Counted from the first letter of the stretch, positions 39,493-50,081 are shown. The stretch is 64,000 nucleotides of DNA from an uncultured Poribacteria bacterium (GCA_951813565.1 OX638351.1:2304001-2368000), one strand, 5' to 3'. Notes: a model not told the origin generated them from the letters alone. Translations and numbers: made by a program.

Positions 39493-40850
39493 CCGTCAAA
39501 CCCCCTGCCTTTAGGTAGGGGATGTAGACGGCGAAAGTTTTGATTTAAAATATACTTTCAATCTAATCACAATGTGGTATAATATATCATACTATATTGT
39601 AGCTCTTGAAGTGATAAAAGACTATATTGAAGGTCAAAGTGGACAATGAGAAAATCTCACAAGTTCAAACTTCAACACCAATCTAACACAATCAAACTTG
39701 GTAATATGCTTTATGATATGTGGGAAATCCATGTGCATATCATGCGTTTGGCACGTAGGTATTATCGCATGTTCGGCAAAAATTTGTCTGCGTATCGTCT
39801 GAAGGCACACGTCACAAAACTTAAAAAGACAACTAAACCGCATTGGGCAGCCTTGCCGAGTCAAGTTGTGCAAGACGTTGTCCTACGTTATGGTAAATCA
39901 CAAGACGCATTTTTCCAAAATATAGCAAGCCGCAAATCAGGTAAAACAACGCGTAAAGTGGGTAGACCGAAAATCAAACCGAGACACAAATACAACTCCA
40001 TGACCTTCACACAAGCGGGCTACAAACTTGAAGATAATCGTATCAAAATCAACTGTATAGATACATGGTTTTCGTTTCACAAACACCGTGAAATCAAAGG
40101 TGTCATCAAGACGATCACGATCAAACGTGACAGGTGCGGTGACTATTGGATATGCTTTTCGTGCGAGAATGTTGACGATCCCGAACCCAAACCCAAGACA
40201 GGTAAGAGCGCAGGATTTGATTACGGAAACAAAACATTCCTCACAAGCGACGAAGGGGACACAATAGAATCCCCGCAGTTTTTCAAACAATCACTCAACA
40301 CGTTGCGATCTCTCAACAAAGCACTCAGTCGTAAAGTCAAAGGTTCTAACAACTATTATCGTGCGTGCCGTGCTTTAGCAAGGCAACACAGAAAAGTGGC
40401 ACGACAAAGAGAAGATTGGCAATGGAAACTTGCCTCAAAACTTTGTGTAGAGTTTGACACACTCATTTTGGAAACGCTGAACCTTGACGGTATGAAACGA
40501 TTATGGGGACGTAAAGTTTCTGACCATTCTTTCTACCAGTTTCTTCAGATATTGGAACAGAAGTGTGCGAAGCACGGCAAAAAACTTGTGCGAATCTCGC
40601 AATGGATAGCAACAACAAAACCTTGTAGTGATTGTGGATACCATAACAAAGAACTCTCTCTTTCTGATAGGCAGTGGACATGTCCCGAATGTGGGTCACA
40701 CCACGACAGAGACACCAACGCTGCTATCAATATCAAACGGGCAGGCTTGGCTGCCTAAAGTGGAGCGACAATAAGACGGTCAACTCTCTGAGAAAACCGC
40801 AGTCGCAAGGAAGCACAAGCCCCTACCTTTAGGTAGTGGGTACCTATGAC
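39493..40850 (+). mobile_element. tnpB-only IS200/IS605-family (IS1341-type) element
   Basis: Subterminal hairpins CCCCTGCCTTTAGGTAGGGG and CCCTACCTTTAGGTAGTGGG, ending TGAC; no TSD and no tnpA; TG-N-TATAAT at 39575-39583. Confidence 0.8.
39646..40758 (+). CDS. tnpB: RNA-guided endonuclease TnpB
   Basis: RuvC GFDYG / LETL / DRDTNAA and Zn finger CSDC..CPEC, all intact. Confidence 0.92.
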   Translation: MRKSHKFKLQHQSNTIKLGNMLYDMWEIHVHIMRLARRYYRMFGKNLSAYRLKAHVTKLKKTTKPHWAALPSQVVQDVVLRYGKSQDAFFQNIASRKSGKTTRKVGRPKIKPRHKYNSMTFTQAGYKLEDNRIKINCIDTWFSFHKHREIKGVIKTITIKRDRCGDYWICFSCENVDDPEPKPKTGKSAGFDYGNKTFLTSDEGDTIESPQFFKQSLNTLRSLNKALSRKVKGSNNYYRACRALARQHRKVARQREDWQWKLASKLCVEFDTLILETLNLDGMKRLWGRKVSDHSFYQFLQILEQKCAKHGKKLVRISQWIATTKPCSDCGYHNKELSLSDRQWTCPECGSHHDRDTNAAINIKRAGLAA

Positions 40851-40861
40851 GTGCTCTCATC

Positions 40862-42310
40862 TTGGGAATTCTCTTTTCTTGCGCGAAGACCACCCAACAG
40901 ATTATTGAAAATCCTTCAGAATTTCACAGACACAGAGACTCTATAGTCCGGGTAGAAAGTAAATTTGGATTTTTTAAAGTTAATGGTAGCGGATTTTTCG
41001 TCGAACGGAACAAGGTTGCGACTAACATTCATGTTATTGCTCTTTCAGGGCCTGTCTACGTAACGTCAGTAGACAAAGAGACGACTTGGAAAGTCAAAGG
41101 GGTTGCTGCTTACGATGTTAAAAATGATCTTGCCATTTTAAAAGTTGTGGGGGAAGGTGAGGTGCTTCCCCTTGGGAATAGCGATGTTATACGAGGTGGT
41201 GAACCAATCTCTGCTGTAGGATATCCCGATGAGAAGTACAAGGTTGCTGAGGGCACACTACACAGTATACGGGATAGCGATAAATGGCTTCGGATGAACG
41301 TTGATACTAACAGCGGAGGTAGCGGAGGTCCCGTGTTAAACGGTAAGGGACAAGTCGTAGGGATTTTTGCCTCTTCTGACGGTTATTATAGTTATGCTAT
41401 TCCCTCAAATATACTCAAAGTATTGCTCATGCAGCCAGCATCAACTGAACCTTTGGAACAGTGGCACAAACGAGAATTTATTAGTTCCTACGCCCATTAC
41501 GTTAAAGGAAAAATGAATTACGGTGTAAAACGCTATGAGAAAACAATAGCCAATTTAGATGAAACTATCCGATTAAACCCTGAATTTATTTTTGCCTACT
41601 ACACGCGCGGGTTAACGAAAGAAAATCTTGGTAACTATAAAGGTGCAATAAGTGATTATGATAAAGTCATCAGACTAAATCCAGAGTTTGCCACAGCCTA
41701 TATCAATCGGGGGTTAGCGAAAGATAATCTTGGTGAATATAAAGGTGCGATAAATGATTACAATAAAGCTATCAAACTAAACCCAGAGTTTATCGCAGCC
41801 TATATCAATCGGGGGTTAGCGAAAGATAATCTTGGTGAATATAAAGGTGCGATAAATGATTACAATAAAGCTATTAAACTAAACCCACAGATAGCCGGAA
41901 CTTACCATAATCGAGCGTATGCTAAATTCAAACTTGGCGATCATAGAGGTGCGATCAACGATCTCAATAAAACCATTAAACTAAATCCACAGGATTCCAC
42001 CGCATATGACTACCGAGGGATTGTCAAGTTTGAACTTGGTGATCATAAAGATGCGCTTGAAGATTTTAATAAAGCCATTAAACTAAATCCACAGCATGCT
42101 ACAGCATACTATAACCGAGGAGCCGCGAAACAGAAACTTGGTGACTACAAAGGTGCAATAAGTGATTATGATAAAGTCATCAAACTAAATCCAGAAGATG
42201 CTGCAGCATACTACATCCGCGCACACGCGAAAGAGGCACTTGGGCAACATGACGCGGCAAAAGCAGATTTTGAAAAAGCAAAGGAACTTGATGCGGATAT
42301 CGTAAAATAA
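40862..42310 (+). CDS. Trypsin-like serine protease + TPR lipoprotein; its 5' end (39432-39492) is separated by the tnpB element
   Basis: TNIHV, DLAIL and GGSGGP triad motifs; ~8 TPR repeats; lipobox LFSC. Confidence 0.85.
   Translation: MGILFSCAKTTQQIIENPSEFHRHRDSIVRVESKFGFFKVNGSGFFVERNKVATNIHVIALSGPVYVTSVDKETTWKVKGVAAYDVKNDLAILKVVGEGEVLPLGNSDVIRGGEPISAVGYPDEKYKVAEGTLHSIRDSDKWLRMNVDTNSGGSGGPVLNGKGQVVGIFASSDGYYSYAIPSNILKVLLMQPASTEPLEQWHKREFISSYAHYVKGKMNYGVKRYEKTIANLDETIRLNPEFIFAYYTRGLTKENLGNYKGAISDYDKVIRLNPEFATAYINRGLAKDNLGEYKGAINDYNKAIKLNPEFIAAYINRGLAKDNLGEYKGAINDYNKAIKLNPQIAGTYHNRAYAKFKLGDHRGAINDLNKTIKLNPQDSTAYDYRGIVKFELGDHKDALEDFNKAIKLNPQHATAYYNRGAAKQKLGDYKGAISDYDKVIKLNPEDAAAYYIRAHAKEALGQHDAAKADFEKAKELDADIVK
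41694..41887 (+). repeat. 102-bp tandem duplication of one TPR unit
   Basis: 41694-41785 and 41796-41887 differ at one position. Confidence 0.85.
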
Positions 42311-42398
42311 ACTATGCAAAGATGTGTTCAGATTTTTCAACTGTGATAGAAATTTCAGTAAAACGGGCGGACATTTTGCTCCAACAAAGAGGTGAATT

Positions 42399-42863
42399 AT
42401 GGCAAGCACACGAGATACAGGCGAGATGGTTGATGGTAAAAAGCACGGTTATTGGATTACTTATTACGCGAACGGGGTAAAACGAAGCGAAGGCAACTAC
42501 ATTCACGGTAAAAAGGATGGAAAATGGATTCTATACCACAAGAATGGGAACATTTCCAGCGTAGCCCACTTTCGTGATGATAAGTACGAAGGCGATTATA
42601 TATGCTATCATAAAAATGGGAATCGCAAATGGGGTGGTCCTTACAAAAAGCATGATGGCACATCTTCCGACGGTAGGAAAGAAGGCGTTTGGCTCTGTTG
42701 GGAGGAAGATGGTGAGACTGTATGGCGTATCATCACTTACAAGAAAGGTGGTGCCCGCGCGAAACCTGATGAACATCCGTTCGGTGAATGTCACGGTTGC
42801 GGTGAAGGTAGACGATCAACTTGGGGTGATAATTGCCCACGATGCGGCACAGAACTTGACTAA
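42399..42863 (+). CDS. MORN-variant repeat protein with Zn-ribbon (paralogue)
   Basis: 154 aa, colinear with 38343..38807; CHGC...CPRC. Confidence 0.8.
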   Translation: MASTRDTGEMVDGKKHGYWITYYANGVKRSEGNYIHGKKDGKWILYHKNGNISSVAHFRDDKYEGDYICYHKNGNRKWGGPYKKHDGTSSDGRKEGVWLCWEEDGETVWRIITYKKGGARAKPDEHPFGECHGCGEGRRSTWGDNCPRCGTELD

Positions 42864-42904
42864 CAGTTCGCAGTACGGAATAATAGGATAAAAGGAGGAG
42901 AAAA

Positions 42905-43693
42905 ATGAAAGTTACAAATACTTTGGTTATTATGCTGGTCCTGTTTTTTACTGGACTATGGGTTCACGAAAGTTGTGCGGCAATTGATGCAGAATCTGTA
43001 ATGGGTGTGTGGCTCTTTGATGCAGGGAAAGGAGCAGAAGTTAAAGATTCCTCAGGTAAAGGAAATGATGGAAAGATCGTTGGTGCTAAACGAGTAGAAG
43101 GGAAGATAGGCATGGGCGTAGAATTTGATGGAAGTAATCAAGTGGTCATTCCCGCAAGTGCAACTATTGACGATTATCGCGATGGGTTTACGTACCTGCT
43201 CTGGGTGAAACCGTTGAGAGCACCTGCTGGCCCTCACATTCGTCTTATTGAAAGAGATTGGCACAATCCAAATATTCTTATCGGTCCCAACGATTTCTAC
43301 GGAAGTTTTGTATTCAATGGTGCAATAGATAATAGTCAGATTCGGGCTGGAACATGGGAAATGGAAGAATGGAGTTTCGTCACACTCACTCACGATGGCA
43401 AGACGCTTATATTGTATGTCAACGGTGAAAAAGTTGCAGACATCAACGTTGGACAACCCGACCTCACCAAAAATAACGAAAGCGGTTCCATCTGGTTAGC
43501 GCGATGGAAAGGTGGACCGGGTTGGGATTTTTCAGGGGTACTTGACGAAGTGGCTATTTTCAACGCCCCTCTGGATGAAGACGACATCAATAATATTATG
43601 ACAAAAGGACTTGAGGAAACACTCGCTGTTTCTCCTATCGGTAGGTTAACAACAACTTGGGGTGGCATCAAAAAAGGTAAAGCAATCCAATAG
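42905..43693 (+). CDS. Exported LamG/concanavalin A-like domain protein
   Basis: Signal peptide; W.FD.G.G...DSSG, LYVNG and G.LDEVAIFN; tail 'AVSPIGRLTTTWGGIK'. Confidence 0.88.
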   Translation: MKVTNTLVIMLVLFFTGLWVHESCAAIDAESVMGVWLFDAGKGAEVKDSSGKGNDGKIVGAKRVEGKIGMGVEFDGSNQVVIPASATIDDYRDGFTYLLWVKPLRAPAGPHIRLIERDWHNPNILIGPNDFYGSFVFNGAIDNSQIRAGTWEMEEWSFVTLTHDGKTLILYVNGEKVADINVGQPDLTKNNESGSIWLARWKGGPGWDFSGVLDEVAIFNAPLDEDDINNIMTKGLEETLAVSPIGRLTTTWGGIKKGKAIQ

Positions 43694-43808
43694 TAAAATT
43701 ATTGCACTAAGACATCCACAACTTCTTTAGTAGGAGGGTTGCTATAAAAGTGCATCCGTTGAAGCGTTAATGTAGAAATAAATACACGCGAAGGAGAACG
43801 GAAGCATT

Positions 43809-46256
43809 ATGAAAATTGATTTAGACTATTGGATCGCCTGGATGTTTATTGCGATTTTTTTCGTGTTTCAACTCCCAGGCGATGTATTGGCAGAAGCCGA
43901 AGAAACATCAGCACACCGCACAGCGACAGCTATCCGCATTGAGGGTACACCACCGAAGTTAGATGGCGTTTTAGATGACGACATCTGGAAAACTGCGCCA
44001 CTCCACGAGGGTTTTCGCCAACGCGATCCCGATGAAGGAGATCCCGCATCTGAACGCACTACGTTCCAAATCGCCTACAATGACGATGCGCTCTACTTTG
44101 GGATCATGTGTTATGACAGTGAGCCAGATAAAATAGATGCGCAATTAATCAGACGTGACAATGTTTATGTTGACTCAGATAAAGTCAATATAAACATTGA
44201 TTCACACTACAACAGACAGCGTGCTTTCTGGTTTACTGTGCATCCTTCAGGATCCGTGACAGACGGTATCATTTCCGATGATAAATATCCCGACAGGACA
44301 TGGGATGGTGTGTGGGATGCCAAGACGCAAATTCACGCGGATGGTTGGTCAGTCGAATATAAAATTCCGTTTCATGTGCTGCGTTTTTCTCCAAAAAATA
44401 AATATGTTTGGGGACTCCAAGTTAATCGGTATATTAGCAGAAAAAAAGAGGATGCCCATTGGCGTTTGATTAAGAAAGATGAGCCCGGTTGGGTGGCACG
44501 CTTGGGAGACCTAACTGGCATCAAAGATATTTATCCCTCCCGACATATTGAAATTGTGCCTTATGCGATGGGCAGGACAATCCTCAATAGCGAAACAGAT
44601 TTGTGGGGAAATATTGGCACTGATATCCAATATGGGGTCAGCACCGGAACCACCCTCAACGCCACAATCAACCCCGATTTTGGACAAGTAGAAGCAGACC
44701 CTGCCAGCTTAAATCTCTCAGCTTATGAAGAGTATTTTGAGGAACGTCGTCCCTTCTTTGTCAAAGGAGCGTCTATCTTTCAAACCAGTGGACATCGTTT
44801 CTTTTATTCGCGCCGTATTGGACGGCGCCCGGGACATTTTGATATCCCCACTGGTGCAGAGGAACAGAGCCGCCCCGAATCGACAACGATTCTCGGTGCC
44901 GCCAAAATTGTCGGCAGAACGCAAAGCAATACTTCTTTCGGTATCATGGAGGCAGTCACCGCACCCGAATATGCCCAAATCAAGGAAAATGGCAATCCCC
45001 GTGAACATCTCATTGAACCCTTGACGAATCACTTTGTAGGTCGAATTAATCAAGACGTGCTAAAAGGGAATTCGCGTGTTGGGTTGATAGCCACCGCCGT
45101 TAACCGTCAAAACTCTAACGCTGCTTATGTGGGTGGGTTTGATTGGGATTTGAAGTTTGCCAAAGAACAATACCTAATAAAAGGCACTCTGGCAGGGAGC
45201 CAAGCAGGAGAACTTGATGCCCGTAAATCGGGCTACCTTACCCACTTCAACTTTGCTAAACGCGGCGGATGGTTGAGATTTGATACCGATTTTAAAGCAC
45301 TCTCCCCAGCTTTTGAGACAAATGACCTCGGTTTTAGTCAACGTAGTGACAAATTAGAGTGGAATTACGACCTCACGATACGCAAAGAGAATCCATTTAG
45401 CATCTTCCGACGTGTCAGATTTGGGCTTTATGGCTGGCGCACTTGGAACTACGACAGTGTGAATATCAATAGTTTCTCGGAAATATGGACAATTGGTCGT
45501 TTTAAAAACTGTTGGGACTACGAACTCTGGGTTGGACGTAACTTAGAATCGTTTAGTGATGAAGACGTAAGACGTGGCGGCACACTGATTAAAAATCCAC
45601 CGGGTTGGTGGGTTTTCACCCTGTTGGCAACTGACAGCCGCAAAATGGTTCAGTTAGAACTGAATCCAGGCTTCTCGTGGGATGACGAGAAACGTTCGTA
45701 TGGATATGATGTCCGGTTCGGTCTACGCATTCGGATCGCATCTAACGTTGAGTTTACCTTTGGTCCACGGTATAACTATCAGAAGCGGGATGCACAATGG
45801 GTGGACATCGTTGAAAAGAATATCAATGGGAAAACGCAGCAACATTACGTTTATGGGGAACTCGAGAACCGCACTTTAGACTTTACCACGCGCGCAAACA
45901 TCAGTTTTACACCAACGCTGAGTTTACAATTCTATGTGCAACCTTTCATCACTATCGGTGATTTTACGAACTTCAAAGAATTGGTAGAACCGAAATCTTA
46001 TCTGTTTAAACCGTATCTACTAAATGAAAACCGGGATTTTCATCGGCGTTCCTTACGCGGCAACACCGTCCTCCGCTGGGAATTTCGTCCCGGCAGCACG
46101 TTTTTTCTTGTCTGGTCTCAATCGCGTGAAGCTGTCTTGGAATCGGTTCAGGAAACAGAGCTTGATCTCCGTCCGTTGTATCGCTTAGGCAGCAGTTTTA
46201 CGGACAAAGGACAAAACATTTTTCTGATTAAATGTCGGTATTGGTTTGGAATATAG
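43809..46256 (+). CDS. CBM9-like + DUF5916 outer-membrane protein
   Basis: LDG.LDD..W, W..E..IPF..LRF, NPDFGQVEAD, E.RPFF and FYSRRIG. Confidence 0.85.
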   Translation: MKIDLDYWIAWMFIAIFFVFQLPGDVLAEAEETSAHRTATAIRIEGTPPKLDGVLDDDIWKTAPLHEGFRQRDPDEGDPASERTTFQIAYNDDALYFGIMCYDSEPDKIDAQLIRRDNVYVDSDKVNINIDSHYNRQRAFWFTVHPSGSVTDGIISDDKYPDRTWDGVWDAKTQIHADGWSVEYKIPFHVLRFSPKNKYVWGLQVNRYISRKKEDAHWRLIKKDEPGWVARLGDLTGIKDIYPSRHIEIVPYAMGRTILNSETDLWGNIGTDIQYGVSTGTTLNATINPDFGQVEADPASLNLSAYEEYFEERRPFFVKGASIFQTSGHRFFYSRRIGRRPGHFDIPTGAEEQSRPESTTILGAAKIVGRTQSNTSFGIMEAVTAPEYAQIKENGNPREHLIEPLTNHFVGRINQDVLKGNSRVGLIATAVNRQNSNAAYVGGFDWDLKFAKEQYLIKGTLAGSQAGELDARKSGYLTHFNFAKRGGWLRFDTDFKALSPAFETNDLGFSQRSDKLEWNYDLTIRKENPFSIFRRVRFGLYGWRTWNYDSVNINSFSEIWTIGRFKNCWDYELWVGRNLESFSDEDVRRGGTLIKNPPGWWVFTLLATDSRKMVQLELNPGFSWDDEKRSYGYDVRFGLRIRIASNVEFTFGPRYNYQKRDAQWVDIVEKNINGKTQQHYVYGELENRTLDFTTRANISFTPTLSLQFYVQPFITIGDFTNFKELVEPKSYLFKPYLLNENRDFHRRSLRGNTVLRWEFRPGSTFFLVWSQSREAVLESVQETELDLRPLYRLGSSFTDKGQNIFLIKCRYWFGI

Positions 46257-46260
46257 TTTA

Positions 46261-46833
46261 ACGTGAGCTTGATAATTAGAATGAATATAAATGTCCGTTG
46301 GGTAGAGCGAAGCGAAACCTATAAATCAACGCTATGAATGCCTGAATCAACGCCAAATGCGCCTGTGGCATTTGGCGGGCATTCAGCCAAATCAACGCCA
46401 AATGCGCTTTTGGCATTTGACGGGTGTAAACTTAAGGAAAAATGCTGGTTTTTTTCTTGTGGGAGGGCTTTGTCCGCCTGATTTTGTGAGACTCAACCTG
46501 TTAAATCCAAATCAACGCTGAATGCGCTAAATCAACGGTCCGAATGCCATTTAGGCATTCCCCGTATGGCATTCATCGGGGTTGAAAACCCCTCCCACAA
46601 GAAGGTGTATCCTTAAGTTTACACCTATGGGTAGAGCGAAGCGAAACCCAACAATTCAACCGTCTTGAGAATAATAAAGAGTTGGGTTTCACTTATTTTT
46701 TCGGAAATATCGTCCTCAATAGCTCAACAACCTCTCTTTAGAGTCTGTTTTTATTGTCCATTTCCGTTCTACCCCACCGAATGCCATAGGCGCATTCGGT
46801 GTTGATTCCCTACGGGATTTATCAAACTCACGT
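46261..46833. mobile_element. MITE with IS982-type ends carrying nested cargo
   Basis: ACGTGAGCTTGATAA / TTATCAAACTCACGT; 7-bp TSD TAGTTTA (46254-46260, 46834-46840); contains family A element 46321-46628. Confidence 0.88.
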
Positions 46834-47385
46834 TAGTTTATAATTCCATAGGTATCATTCATTTTAGCGTATGCCATGCCCCATTACCATTGTAGAGCGG
46901 GGTACCCGCTGAATGCGAAGAACGCATTCACAGCGTTGATTTGGTGCCCGCCGAATACCACACGCGCATTCAGTATTGATTTCCTTCAACAAGAAACGCT
47001 GTCACGAGTTGGAACTCGCTCCTACAAGAAAATGTCCAAATCCGCGTCATCTGTGTAATCCGAGATTCAGACAAATATCTACCCACAGTCTGTAAATAAT
47101 CCGTGCCATCTACGTAATCCGATAAATTCGCGTTTCAGACAGAAGCTGGCGCGCTTACAAGCGCCTACTGTTTGGGGTATTTAGCGCGTAAATTTCCTTA
47201 AGTTGGCACTTATGGGTAGCTTGCATTTAACGAAACTCTGCATACCGTAATATCATCCATATTTGACAAATATAATTCAAAAGCGTATAATATAAGCACA
47301 AACGAGCATGAAAACGCAAAAACGCAATTTATGCTTGCACAGCATAAATTTACTTTAAATTTCAGATAAGGAGGCATAAAACACA

Positions 47386-48234
47386 ATGGCTGATTACGCA
47401 AATCCTGATGTTTTAGTAAGTACGGAGTGGGTCGCCGCACATGGCAGCGATGCTGGCATCCGCCTACTTGAAGTTGATGTTGATACCTCAGCTTATGCAG
47501 AAGGACATATCGCGGGGGCAGTCGGTTTGAATTGGCAGACACAGTTGTGCGACCAAATCCGACGCGATATCCTCACGAAAGACCAGTTTGAAGCACTTTG
47601 CAACGACAGTGGCATCGCTAACGATACTACTGTTATTTTTTATGGTGATAACAACAATTGGTTTGCTACGTACGCGTTGTGGCAATTCCGCTACTATGGA
47701 CACGATGAGAGTCTACTGAAAGTGATGAACGGTGGTCGTCAAAAGTGGATTGATGAAGGCAGAGAACTCGTTACAGACGTTCCTTCTTACGCTGCCACTG
47801 GGTATCAGGCGAAATTCCCCGATGACAACGTTCGCGCAACAAAGGACAACATTCTACCCACACTTGAACAAGGTGTCATTAACCTCGTTGACGTGCGTTC
47901 ACCAGCAGAATTTTCGGGTGAAGTGATCGCACCGCCAGGCATGAGTGAAACTGCACAACGAGGCGGACATATCCCAGGCGCAGCAAATATACCTTGGGCA
48001 ACTGCGGTCGCAGAAGATGGCACATTTAAGTCTTACGATGAACTACAATCCATCTACGGCGGCGCAGGTGTTGACGATAGTAAAGAGACCATCGCTTACT
48101 GTCGTATTGGTGAACGTTCATCGCATACTTGGTTTTTATTGAAATACCTACTCGGTTATGAGAAGGTTCGCAACTATGATGGCAGTTGGACAGAATGGGG
48201 TAATCTGGTCGGCGCACCCATAGCACGCGATTAA
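47386..48234 (+). CDS. Tandem-domain rhodanese / thiosulfate sulfurtransferase
   Basis: GHIAGA, GHIPGA, active loop YCRIGER and YDGSWTEW. Confidence 0.92.
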   Translation: MADYANPDVLVSTEWVAAHGSDAGIRLLEVDVDTSAYAEGHIAGAVGLNWQTQLCDQIRRDILTKDQFEALCNDSGIANDTTVIFYGDNNNWFATYALWQFRYYGHDESLLKVMNGGRQKWIDEGRELVTDVPSYAATGYQAKFPDDNVRATKDNILPTLEQGVINLVDVRSPAEFSGEVIAPPGMSETAQRGGHIPGAANIPWATAVAEDGTFKSYDELQSIYGGAGVDDSKETIAYCRIGERSSHTWFLLKYLLGYEKVRNYDGSWTEWGNLVGAPIARD

Positions 48235-48298
48235 ACCTGAATTTGGGGCGATACGGAAGTCGCCCCGAATTCGTCACAAACACGCTAAAGATTGAATT

Positions 48299-48586
48299 AT
48301 GAGATTTATTTCTGCCCATGCGATCGCCTGCATGACACGACAAGATGTGGGACGACTGCTCAAGCGGTTCCAAGAAGAAGCAAACGATGATGTCCGTAAC
48401 ATTCGTGTCTTATGTGATACATTATCAGGTAGGATGGTTTGCGAGTGGGAAGCACGCGACAAACTAACGTTAATTGAGTGGTTGAAAAAGTGCAACGTGC
48501 AATTGCGAGGCACAGGTGAATGGGTCATGACAGTTCAATATGAATCCGTTGATGATGAACTCAAAGTAGCAGCACAAACGCATTAG
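48299..48586 (+). CDS. Small hypothetical protein (DUF4242-like)
   Basis: 95 aa with 'GRMVCEWEA' motif; inside the operon. Confidence 0.55.
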   Translation: MRFISAHAIACMTRQDVGRLLKRFQEEANDDVRNIRVLCDTLSGRMVCEWEARDKLTLIEWLKKCNVQLRGTGEWVMTVQYESVDDELKVAAQTH

Positions 48587-48600
48587 GTGTCTAATGACCG

Positions 48601-49434
48601 ATGTACTACCTAACACGGCAGACCGCCTTTGAGGCATCTCATTACAATCGCATTCCTGAATTGAGCGATGCTGAAAACCTTGAGTTGTTCGGTGCCGCAG
48701 CGAATCCGAATAGTCACGGTCATAACTACGTACTTGAAGTGATGGTCAAAGGAAAATTAGATGCTGATGACGGAATGGTCATCAATTTGACGACATTGGA
48801 TGCGTTGTTAAAGTCAGAAGTGATTGCCAATTATGATCACAAACACCTGAACAGACAACATCCTGTCTTCGTCAAAAAACCGCACTTACAACCGACATGT
48901 GAAAACATCACGATTGAAATTTGGCAAAGACTCGCTCCTACCCTTCCCGATGGTCTACTCCATCGGGTTCGACTCTATGAAAATTCATTGAGATTTGCTG
49001 ATTACTATGGAGAAGATTTGATGGTTTATCTCACCAAAGTTTACGAGTTCAGTGCAGCGCATCGTTTGCACAGCCATGTGCTTAGTGATAAAGAAAACCG
49101 AGACATCTTCGGGAAGTGCAACAATCCTGCTGGACATGGGCATAACTACGTACTTGAAGTCACCGTAAAAGGTGACGTAGATGCTAAAACTGGACTGGTA
49201 GCGAGTTTGAATCTGCTTGACGAAGTGGTCGAAAAACAGGTTTATGCACGTTTTGATTACAAACATCTAAATCTTGATACACCAGAATTTGAGAAACTCA
49301 ATCCAACATCCGAAAACTTTGTGAAAGTACTTTGGGATGTGTTGAAACCGAATTTACAACCGGTGGTTTTACACCGTCTCCGCTTGCGAGAAACACCCAA
49401 AAATCATTTCGATTACTATGGAGAATCTTCTTAA
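48601..49434 (+). CDS. Double-domain 6-pyruvoyltetrahydropterin synthase family protein
   Basis: Two HGHNY/DHK-type/PT.EN domains; C-X5-HGH only in the second. Confidence 0.88.
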   Translation: MYYLTRQTAFEASHYNRIPELSDAENLELFGAAANPNSHGHNYVLEVMVKGKLDADDGMVINLTTLDALLKSEVIANYDHKHLNRQHPVFVKKPHLQPTCENITIEIWQRLAPTLPDGLLHRVRLYENSLRFADYYGEDLMVYLTKVYEFSAAHRLHSHVLSDKENRDIFGKCNNPAGHGHNYVLEVTVKGDVDAKTGLVASLNLLDEVVEKQVYARFDYKHLNLDTPEFEKLNPTSENFVKVLWDVLKPNLQPVVLHRLRLRETPKNHFDYYGESS

Positions 49435-49437
49435 TTT

Positions 49438-50046
49438 ATGAATACTGAACAGGAAAGCGAAGCTAATCACAAGCAGGAATTGCAAGATAAGACAGCGGAT
49501 TTAGAATCTCTCTATACACAGATCCTCGAAAATATAGGCGAAGATCCGAACCGTCAAGGTTTGGTAAGAACTCCACTCCGCGCCGCAAAAGCGATGGAGT
49601 TTTTGACGAGCGGCTACCGTCAGGATATCAATAAAATTTTAAACCAGGCTATCTTTGACGAAAAGTGTGACGACATGGTCATCGTTAAGGATATTGAATT
49701 TTATAGTCTCTGTGAGCACCACATTCTCCCGTTTTGGGGGAGATGTCATGTAGGTTATCTTCCACTGAACCGGGTTATTGGTTTAAGTAAGATTCCTCGA
49801 ATTGTGGATATGTTTTCTCGACGTTTACAGGTTCAGGAACGCTTAACACGCGAAATTGCCGAAGCATTGGAAGCAGCATTAGAACCACGAGGGGTTGCAG
49901 TTGTAATGGAGGCACAGCACATGTGCATGATGGCGCGTGGCGTCCAAAAACAAACCTCAAAGATGACAACAAATGCTATGCGGGGTGCATTTCGGGAAGA
50001 TAGTTCTACGCGCGCTGAATTCCTCAGGTGCGTCCAAGTTTCTTAA
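49438..50046 (+). CDS. folE: GTP cyclohydrolase I
   Basis: [24 protein letters not shown] and H.CM..RGV. Confidence 0.95.
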   Translation: MNTEQESEANHKQELQDKTADLESLYTQILENIGEDPNRQGLVRTPLRAAKAMEFLTSGYRQDINKILNQAIFDEKCDDMVIVKDIEFYSLCEHHILPFWGRCHVGYLPLNRVIGLSKIPRIVDMFSRRLQVQERLTREIAEALEAALEPRGVAVVMEAQHMCMMARGVQKQTSKMTTNAMRGAFREDSSTRAEFLRCVQVS

Positions 50047-50081
50047 AAGTAATAGGCACACTCATGAAAATTATAAATAAC

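Noticed and set aside
39493..39645. Group I intron (IStron) allowing splicing of the tnpB element
   Set aside because: Only ~150 nt precede tnpB, and I see no group I core elements.
38343..42863. DGR template/variable repeat pair among MORN genes
   Set aside because: The shared tract is identical, differences elsewhere are not adenine-restricted, and both copies are full ORFs.
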